In this document: positions 55,362-64,000 of the stretch, piece by piece
Layout: each line of letters begins with the position of its first letter
Numbering within the stretch: position 1 is the stretch's first letter
Assembly (NCBI GenBank): GCA_030141605.1
Contig: JAQGDQ010000059.1
Location: 496,001-560,000, forward strand
Length of the DNA stretch: 64,000 nt
Direction of reading: 5' to 3'
Origin: Tubiluchus corallicola
Lineage: Eukaryota; Animalia; Priapulida
The notes under the pieces: generated by a model
Database searches by the model: none
Seen by the model: only the letters and a program-made list of their open reading frames with translations
What the model was told of the DNA's origin: nothing
Translations under genes and position numbers: made by a program

Positions 55362-56385
55362 CAACACTTTCTGAGAGTAATGTTTTAATTTTCTTTTAAT
55401 TTTGCCTCTGAACATTTATAAGGATAATATAATATGGTAGTACTTATTGATATGTGAATACTTATGAATATTTGGGACACGTATGCTTATTTTTCATAGT
55501 TATTTTATTTCATAGTTAAATAACAGACAAAGTTTTACATACCATAGCAAGCACTAAAGGTCTCATAAATTTCCTATGTTGATTCAACTCCCAAATCCAA
55601 CTATTACTCTATTCAAAGTTGTTGAATGGTACAGACTCAAGCCCTGTTTAACAAACTTTGCCTGCTGAGTAAATACAAAACTCAACATTTGTAACAGGAT
55701 CATTTTTTATCAGTCTTCAGCTCAGCTGCACAGTGAATTCTGGGGAAAAATTACTAGAGTCTGTCCATTTTTTTATTTAAGCTACCTAGAAGGAAAATCT
55801 TTTTTCAATTTAAACATGTACACATCTCCTTGTTTTTATTAACTTATTATTAGTAGTAGCAGCTATACAGTTTGCAAAGTTGTGGCAGTTTCTAGAGATT
55901 GTAGAGATTGTAGTTGGCATGAAACACTACAACTCATAGAAGAAAAACCTAAGTATAACTCACTTTGAATCACTTTATTACCATATATACAAGTACAATG
56001 CTCTACAGCCTCTCTGTGAAATCCATAATGATATTTACAAAAAAATCATTCTGCAGAGCTGCACATTTTTAATTTCAATTAAGTCTGGAGGCTTTCCATT
56101 TCTTATTGCTTAACTGGTCCTGCTTAAATAATATAACAGTCAAATAAGCAAAACGAACATAAGCAGTTCCTAATATACAATGATCAACATAAATAACTCG
56201 ATGTTGCACAAGGTGCATTTTGTTACAACTGCTCACAGGCTAAAATTTTACAAGACATAAGTTAACGTATTCACAAGATATCACACGTGCAGTTACAAAA
56301 TTATAAACACTAATCGTTTGTAATTCACCTAATTCCAGATTTTTTTGTATTTCTATTCAGAAAATATCCTAGGCTTTGCATGTTA

Positions 56386-56445
56386 TCATCCCCAGGCTTG
56401 ACTTTTACAGTAGTGTAATACCAACCTTCCATCGCTTCCAAAACA
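56386..56445 (-). CDS. ATG12: Ubiquitin-like autophagy protein ATG12, exon 4 (terminal)
   Basis: [28 protein letters not shown], near-identical to the human C-terminus including the conjugating Gly. Confidence 0.97.
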   Translation of the reverse strand, partial: [19 protein letters not shown]

Positions 56446-57011
56446 CTGAAAAATAAATGTAAATTAAGTACTTGCATAACTATCATCAAGCAGATCATCT
56501 TATACCTAAAGCTATCTATTCTAATGTAGAACAAGTGATGATTTGCTTTCTGTAGGAAACAGTGAGGTCAAAATTTATACACACGCCATAGTTTTTATCT
56601 TGGAATTTGCGTGAAAATACTTTTTGGTGAGTGCAATTTCTAGACCTTGCAAAACACATTTCATTTTATTTGTTTTAAATGGTATGATAAATGATTTTAC
56701 AATTGACAAATAAAGACACATTCACACACGCATGTACTCTGATGGTATTTTTATATGACTAAACTGTTCACTAATATAGCAACAGGGAACCAGATATTGA
56801 ACTATCGGGCAAACCTCAGAATTGACAATTGTACCGACTCTAATCCCAAACTTCTAACATTTAGCATGATAATACTCTTCCAGCAAATTTTCCATTAGTC
56901 AAAAGAATAAACTGTCTGTTACATGAGCATAACAGCTAAAATCTGTACATCTTCAAACACCATCACATGTTATTTCAACCTGAAATAGACTAAAAATTAA
57001 ACTGAACGTAC

Positions 57012-57074
57012 CTCATAAAGAGTTTGCAATGCATGATCAGGCGATGGAGCAAATGACTGACTAACATAAACAAA
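57012..57074 (-). CDS. ATG12: ATG12 exon 3
   Basis: TTCCAG|FVYVSQSFAPSPDHALQTLYE|GTACGT, 63 nt, phase 0 to 0. Confidence 0.97.
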
Positions 57075-57852
57075 CTGGAAAAAAAACAATTTTATCAGTG
57101 TAATATTACAGCAGCTCAAACAGCTGCACTAAAACATGTATTAACAAAGACTTTGAAAACCAAAAGTGCTAAAAACATAACCAGTTTCAAAATTTAAAAC
57201 TTTTACATAAGTTAAGTAAGACATTTTAAAGTTTGCAAGCATTGGTTAATGACTTAAATTTTCCCATATGGCTCTCAAAGCTTCTTGCAGATTATAGAAC
57301 ATGCTTACTGCTTTGTGCAAAGGACTCGAGGCTTTTCACACCCATTATGGGATATAGTCTCCCAAATGCTAAATTATATGGATGGTTTGAACCTAGGTAC
57401 ACTGGTATTAAGTTTTTTCAACATGTTGAGAAGTTTAGAGACCACTCGTATACAATAAATACAAAGACTAACTCTCACCTTTAACTGTCAGATGACTTGA
57501 TAAAGCAAATAGCGAAAAAAAAGTAGAAAAACAAAATTGCTCTTCAAAATATATGAATCAGTTTTCAATGTTCAAGATAGTGAGAATATGCAACAAATTC
57601 TTTAGAAGTTCTATCTGCTACGAGGTTCTATTAATGTCCAACAAAACTATTTTATTATAACCTTATAATCATAAATTATGGACAAATTTTTTATATTCCA
57701 ATATTATTCTAGTATTAACACATCTTGAAAGATGTCTTGAAGGAACTGTTTGCCACCTTCATGTACACAAGAAACATACTAGTACACAATGATAGCTCTA
57801 ATAAAGTGTCAAATGATTAACGTATATATTCTACTAGTCATTATATACATAC

Positions 57853-57989
57853 AACAGATTCGCCTTCAACGCACTTCAAGGCTTTGTTGAGCTTCTCAAT
57901 CACAGCTGAAAGCGGACGATCACCCTGCACAGCCCATTTCCGTACTTTGAGTATAGGTGCATCGCCAGCCGGATTTAGCTGCACTGTAA
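57853..57989 (-). CDS. ATG12: ATG12 exon 2
   Basis: TTTAG|(V)TVQLNPAGDAPILKVRKWAVQGDRPLSAVIEKLNKALKCVEGESV|GTATGT, 137 nt, phase 1 to 0. Compare human [21 protein letters not shown]. Confidence 0.96.
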
Positions 57990-59744
57990 CTAAACAGAAC
58001 AGATTCAGATTTGCATTTTAAACGGCAAATACGCATAAACAATATTACAACCCAATTATTTCTACTAACGAACAAACAAAAACTCCTTTAGAACTAACTA
58101 GCAAAACCACAAAATTTCCTAAATTCTGAAATGCCATGTTTCACTGGTGGCTACAGCTTTGCCATGGGCCCAGTGAAAGTGAGAAAGTACAACCCTATGT
58201 ATGTTTTACTTCCTGGGATTCTGTGCTTTCACAAGAATAAGAACCATTTTCTTTTGCACAAAATGTCATGGACAGTAACAGTTGTACCTCACGATACAAC
58301 TGAAGAAGCAATGCTAAATACAAAGGCAACATACGACCATACAGTCTTATACACGTAGCCCTATTCTAATATTATTAACTACATTGTAATTGTATGACGA
58401 TAAAAATAATTATAAAATAAGACAGAATTTGATTAAGTTAGTGCACAGAGACAGTGTACATTTGTACTTGGAACTGCAAATACCTTATTAAATATTTATT
58501 AAAAAATTAAAAATTAATAGAATAGACTACACAGGTGTATCACAAAATATAGCCTATACTTTTTGCCTCATTATAATAATATGCCTCCATAAAAAACATC
58601 TTTTTTAGTACTTTGATGCATTTTCTCTATGCCCCTTAGGTGTACTTTAATTACTGCACATTTTGCACAGTACTTTGGAAACTATTTATTTTCTTCATAT
58701 GAATAAAAATCAATTGTTGATGAGGATGTATACACTTTAAACAACGGAATTGTACCCACTCTGAGCGCTTACTACATTGGATTGCATTTTCATTACACTC
58801 TATTCCACATGTTTTGCACAACTAAATGCTACTCTTTTGCTTCTCTGTGCCTGATGATTTTATGCTACCACTTTCTTGTTGCCCATTTGTTTCATTATCA
58901 GTGAGACTTCATTGGTTTGATGATAATCTGTCTTTATCATTTCTAATGATGTCACTTGCATTTATTTTTCTGTCATCACTGTTTTTCAATTACACATTCA
59001 CTTTGCTTCAATTACACATGCACTTTGCTTTATGTATAGTGTTGCTTCTTTTAGAATTTTGCAATTAGAAGTGGTTTAATAATCAGCACTAAAAACTCTA
59101 GTCACCACCTTATTTCTCTTTTGTCTTCCTGTGCTATAGATGCCACAAAGCAGACACAAAATTTAATTACGTGCCTACTTACTTCACTATTCTTCTACAA
59201 TTACAGTACTTCCTATTTTACAATCTCAGAATTAGTTTGGCTTATTCTGGCTGACTGATTTAAGACGTTCCTCCGTCCCAGAAGGCCCCCTTAGGAACAT
59301 AGTACACCTTGTGTCAGTATTTTTAATGACAAATACAAGTGCACCTGTACTACGATTAACTTTACCACTCAATCAAAAAAGAGCCCTTTACAGTTTCACA
59401 CCACTCTAAACATGATACTAATTTTTGAGTTTTGCAATGAATTCTAACGAGCAACTCTAATGGAGAACTTCATGCTCTGGTGAAAAAATTATTAGAGGCA
59501 GAAAGCTAAAAAATAAAACACCAATTTTCTCTTGAAACTGGAATATACGGATAATAGTTATTCACTATAAATATTATTCATTCTATCACCATTTTAAGGA
59601 AAAGGAAGACTAATGGAAGATTAAAGGAAAACTAAGGAAAGACTAATAATTTTTGCGAATTTACGGAAGCACAGAATAACATGTCACTCTTGCTTGCGAT
59701 CACCAGACACCTATAACCAGGCACCTATAAACTAACTACAGAGT

Positions 59745-60735
59745 TAAAGAATATTTGGCAAGCTTTTGACATGGATTCGTCAGTTCTTAAAGGGACACCG
59801 CCAGTCTACAGTAGTCAATGGTCACAAATCTGATTGGTCGTCAGTAACATCGAGGATTCCACAGGGGAGCATACTCGGTCCGGTATTGTTCATAATCTAT
59901 GCAAATAATATGCCAGAGGTTGTAATATGCCTGACCTGCTCATATTTGCAGATGATACCAAGATTAATTCTACAGTCGAACAACAAGATAAAGTGATGAG
60001 CCTACAACAGGATTTGGACAATTTAATAGAGTGAGCAGAAACATGGCAGCTTGATTTCAATGCTAGCAAATGCAAGGTAGTCCATATTCGCTACAATAAC
60101 ACGTTATTTAACGACGATATGAAATATGGTCACTTAAGAACAGAAATGGAGGCAACAGAACTGGAGAAAGACCTGGATGTGAATGTGGATTATGCTCTGA
60201 AGTTTTCCAAACATGTAGCAAATTCAAGTGAGTAAGGCTAACAAGATACTTGGATTAATCAGAAGATCATATGGAATGACATTAAAACTGTTGTTTGTAG
60301 CATTGGTTAGGCCACATCTTGAGTATAGTATAACAGGATGGATGCCCAGGTTTGTTAAAGGCCAGAAGTTGATCAAACGAGTTCTGTTCATACAGCAACT
60401 GGGATGGTCCCTGAGATAAAGGAACTCCCTTATGAGGAGCACCTAGAGGCTTTAAGTTGTTTAGTATATGGTGCAGACTGATCAGAGGTGATATGATAGA
60501 AGTATATAAGTTTACACATGGAATGTACAGTTTACATGCTAAGACCCTACAAAGAGATTATCAGACAAGAACTAAGGGATGGTTCTAATCCATGTAAGTC
60601 AAAGAAAAGGTATAGTTGGACTGCTACATAACATAACTTCTTCAGCTTGAAGGTTGGAATAACATCCCTTGAATGTAGTCTCTGTAAACTCTATAACCTC
60701 TTATAAAAGTAAACTAGATGATTATATAGCTGAAC
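59745..60735 (+). mobile_element. 5'-truncated decayed CR1-clade LINE (RT and C-terminal region) in ATG12 intron 1, antisense to the gene
   Basis: WIRQFL...RQSTVVNG...[68 protein letters not shown], with frameshifts and stops. Confidence 0.95.
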
Positions 60736-61134
60736 TGCCAATACAGCACCGAGGCTGTGCCACCTAGTAATTTTTAAAGTGATGGCAGTTATGATCGGTC
60801 AACAGGCAGAGATGCCTGACATCTAGGACTGAATGAATATGATCAACCGGCACAAACATTGGACAAGTTGGCATTTTGCAACTTACAAGTTCCTCTTTTT
60901 TAAAGGTGCTTAGCTAGTTTCACTATCCATGAGAAAGACAACTTTTGAGAAAAATATAAAATACGAAAGAGAAAACGTGAGATAAAACTATTATCATAGG
61001 CTTAACGAGAAAGGCAAACTATGGCAAAAAGCATACATGCAGACTTTGCCCTGTCGATCTACGGTAATGTACCCGTATTCGACTTCTACTACTAGTATTT
61101 TGTTTTAGTATACTAGTAGTAGTACTAGAGCTAC

Positions 61135-61198
61135 CTTTTTCGCGAATTGGTTTTTCAGGTGTGACTTCGGTTTGATTACTATCACTCTCATCGGCCAT
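61135..61198 (-). CDS. ATG12: ATG12 exon 1
   Basis: ATG at 61198, MADESDSNQTEVTPEKPIREK+G|GTAGCT. The phase-1 donor joins exon 2 to give K-V-TVQL, and the acidic disordered N-terminus is typical of ATG12. Full protein is 107 aa. Confidence 0.82.
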
Positions 61199-62470
61199 AC
61201 CCAAACGTTTTGTAATTTAAAATAAATTTGACATAAATTATTTCACACTTTAAATTATTAATTAAATTACACTGAAAGTCCACATTAAATCTTGAGGAAA
61301 GGAAAAAACTAGTAAACATAATGTAGGGCGCCGAGTAATCCACTAGCCGAAGCAGGACACTTCCGGTAAAACGCATGTGCTAAATTTGCGGAAAAGCAGC
61401 GTTGTACATGGGCAGCCCAAGTAAGTAGGGCACTAGCGATTTCTGTAAAGAATCAAGATCTATGACGTAATAAAACATAAAACTAAATTTGTTTTAGAAG
61501 AAAGTAACTTTATAATAATGATGGATAGTCCTTGACAATTTACTTTTTACAACAATATCATCATTATTATTAATTAGCTCCATTAATTATCATCATAACA
61601 TCTAAGTATCTACTGCTTTAAGTTTAAAGAGAGAAACTATGTAGGGCACATAACTCGCAAACCAGTTCACTTAGTAGAAAACAATTATTTGTCTAAGAGG
61701 GAGTGAAAAAGATCACCTGTCTGTGAAGCAAGACAAAATAAAAAATGATATACCTTAAGCAAATTTTGGAAAGTGCACTTATTTTACTTCAGAGAAGATT
61801 AACATTGGCAAATATTAATTCTTCTAGCTCAGAATAAAATTCGCTTAATTTATCAGATGTATAATAAATTATTCAACGTGTATTGGCGTTTTAATTATTA
61901 TTATTACATAAACAAGGACAACGGACCTACCTCTGGCGTCCTACTTCGGCAGCCCGCTAGCCCATGTACGCCAATTGTCCTACTTCGGCTAATGGATTAC
62001 GCGGCGCCCAACACAAAACACAGTAGACCACATGCGTCAGACTATACTGTTTCGCAAAAATAGCCTTTGATTAAAAATCAAAAAGATTTGCTGTATATTT
62101 AATAAACAGTATAATTAACTTACCAAACAGTTGGTTTTCTAGACTTCTGTAGCTCAATAATTAACTTTATTGGTGTTTATAATTAATATTTTCCTACCGT
62201 TTAATAAAAAAACCCTACGCTGTCTGTAATCGAATCAGTAAACTAATTTTCTAAAAATTATCGAGACAGTCGCTAGCGAAGATTTCTGCCAGCTTTGTTT
62301 CTTTGAGTCAGTGAGGTTCTTTCTCGTGTTTATAGTGTTATTTATAATAACACTGAAAATTACTACAGAAAAATGTAAAAGTCGGACAGTTTTGCACACA
62401 AAAGCTTGTAAAATTGCCCATGGTCTGCTTTTTACCACATGCCATCGGAGCTGGCACATTTGCTTCAGCG
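61199..62470. promoter_or_regulatory. Putative bidirectional promoter between ATG12 and USP22
   Basis: Divergent start codons 1.27 kb apart. ETS site CACTTCCGGT at 61358-61367 and CRE-like TGACGTAA at 61463-61470. Confidence 0.65.
61322..62013. repeat. GC-rich inverted repeat pair (MITE-like) inside the ATG12/USP22 intergenic region
   Basis: The reverse complement of 61322-61359 matches 61976-62013 at 34/38. A second, more diverged inverted block is 61404-61436 versus 61933-61969. Confidence 0.85.
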
Positions 62471-62599
62471 ATGAGTGTTGGGCCGAATGGTTGTCCTCAT
62501 TTAAATAATTTTAGACTTAATCGGAAAGGAGCAGACGCTTTTCGAATTATACATTCGTATTTTATTGTGACGCGTTCTTTAGAAGCAAGAAGAAGAAAG
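62471..62599 (+). CDS. USP22: Ubiquitin-specific protease 22 (SAGA DUB module, nonstop/Ubp8), coding exon 1
   Basis: MSVGPNGCPHLNNFRLNRKGADAFRIIHSYFIVTRSLEARRRK|GTAAGA resembles human GCSHLGSFK...LRAIYQCFV...EARKRK. Phase 0. Confidence 0.9.
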
Positions 62600-63478
62600 G
62601 TAAGAAAAAATTAGTGCACATAATTTTTTTCTAATAGCTGTTTTGAACTGTCAGGTTTTTATGATAATTATGGTCACCTCCTATTTCAGTTTCTAAAGTA
62701 ACGCGATGCACAATTATTGTTGGTAACTAAGAAATCTGAAGTGTGTCCAAAGCTAAAGTAGTCGAAACCAGGACCTCTACTTTTAAGTTTAAGACCAATG
62801 TCAACACCACAACACTGAATGAGTTATGACCAAAATGATATCAAGTCATTCGAGCTTAAGACCTATATTTTGAGGCCAAGCCTGGAAACTATGTTATCTT
62901 TGAATGTGATTTTAAGAATGTTAAATATTTCTATAGGCCTGCAACCTTATTCACTTTTTAAAATGCAACAAGTGGCTATGCTATTTCAGAAACAAATAAT
63001 GCCTCTGGTTTTTTTTGTTCCTTGATGTTTTATTAGACAGCATTTTAGATTTTCATTGTCCTGAACTTTTACTGTTAGTGTGCTTTCTGTAGTGACAATA
63101 CATCTGCATCTTTTGATTTCTTATAACTCATCTATAAAATTACTATTTTATCTTCCTTTAAAAAGCAGTCACTTTTTTATTTTTAGTGATCTGATGTCTG
63201 CTTCTCGTATTTACTAATCATGTTGTACTTACAAATAGGGGTTTTTAAATAAAGATTTAAAATAATTGAAAAAGAAATCCTCTCTTCCCCTACTGTCATG
63301 CCAACTACAGGATTAAATCATTTTATAAGATGTCATTTAAGCATACATGGCTAAGAGTTTTAAATGCTAGAACTACCTTACTATAGTAGTTAGTATATGA
63401 TTTTGCACTAAAGGTATCAAGATATCTGTGTCGAAAAGCTAGTAGCTTAATTATATTGATCATTGTAAACTATTTTAG

Positions 63479-63611
63479 GCCAGGTCATGTGTATGTCACA
63501 CATGTAAGGCGTACAAGCCTCGTCTTCATGCTTGTCTATACTGCGTTTACTTTGGATGTTACGGGTTGAGGCATATACATGAGCATGCACAAAGCAAACA
63601 GCATAGTCTTG
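63479..63611 (+). CDS. USP22: USP22 coding exon 2 (ZnF-UBP domain); gene continues beyond the window
   Basis: TTTTAG|ARSCVCHTCKAYKPRLHACLYCVYFGCYGLRHIHEHAQSKQHSL+G|GTGAGA, versus human AKSCICHVC...[30 protein letters not shown]. The ORF track misses this frame. Confidence 0.95.
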
Positions 63612-64000
63612 GTGAGACACTATTCCTTATTTATACTCTACTTAAAGTTTACAAGTTTGAGCTACTATACTACTAAAGGATTTCTTAAAATCGGTTTACC
63701 TTTGGAATATCAAAATATCCTGCTTGCATTGACGTCAAACATATTGGTCTATCGCTCCGCCCCTGCTGCAACGTAAGCACGCTCAGCAGCATTCGGGACA
63801 ACAGCTCACACTGAACAACAACTTTCTAAGCTAAACCAAACTAAACTAAACAACATGACAGTCACAACTAATGCCTAGTCAGCAGATAAACTGATTGCAC
63901 TTTTTCATCAACACAAATTTACAGAGCAGCAACTATTTTTAAATGAAGTTAACACTTCAAGTAGCCAAAAAATGACTTTACAATTTAAACATAATGCAGA

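Noticed and set aside
61019-61134. C-terminal part of ORF 61019..61204 (GSSSTTTS...VCFLP) as coding sequence
   Set aside because: It lies past the phase-1 donor that joins ATG12 exon 2. The later GTATGC donor is phase 0 and would break the frame.
61938-61956. Resemblance of GTCCTACTTCGGCAGCCC to the U6 snRNA 5' stem-loop
   Set aside because: Only the CTTCGGCAGC core matches, with no ACAGAGA box or U6 body downstream. It belongs to the inverted repeat.

Overview
AT-rich, repeat-laden, intron-containing animal (invertebrate-like) genomic DNA, not prokaryotic. The first ~47 kb has no protein-coding gene I can recognise. It holds microsatellites, several MITEs with identifiable termini or target-site duplications (hAT, PIF/Harbinger-like, Tc1-like), decayed LINEs (RTE, L2/Crack-like, RLE-type), tRNA-derived SINE heads, a ~955-bp tandem duplication and E-box clusters. 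The last ~16 kb holds three spliced genes, assembled by hand from GT-AG exons with consistent phases. (1) A cyclic-nucleotide-gated channel alpha subunit (CNGA/tax-4-like, + strand, 4 coding exons, 48460-55064, 781 aa from the first visible ATG). (2) A complete ATG12 (- strand, 4 exons, 61198-56386, 107 aa), almost entirely missed by the ORF track and tail-to-tail with CNGA. (3) The first two exons of USP22/nonstop (+ strand, from 62471), head-to-head with ATG12. I cannot support a wholly new biological system. The best leads are an inverted-repeat element filling the shared ATG12/USP22 promoter, a CNGA2-type calmodulin motif and RFX X-box at the CNG gene, and an orphan cluster of five E-boxes at ~11-bp spacing followed by a TATA box near 11.95 kb. 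All family assignments come from motif recognition, not database searches.
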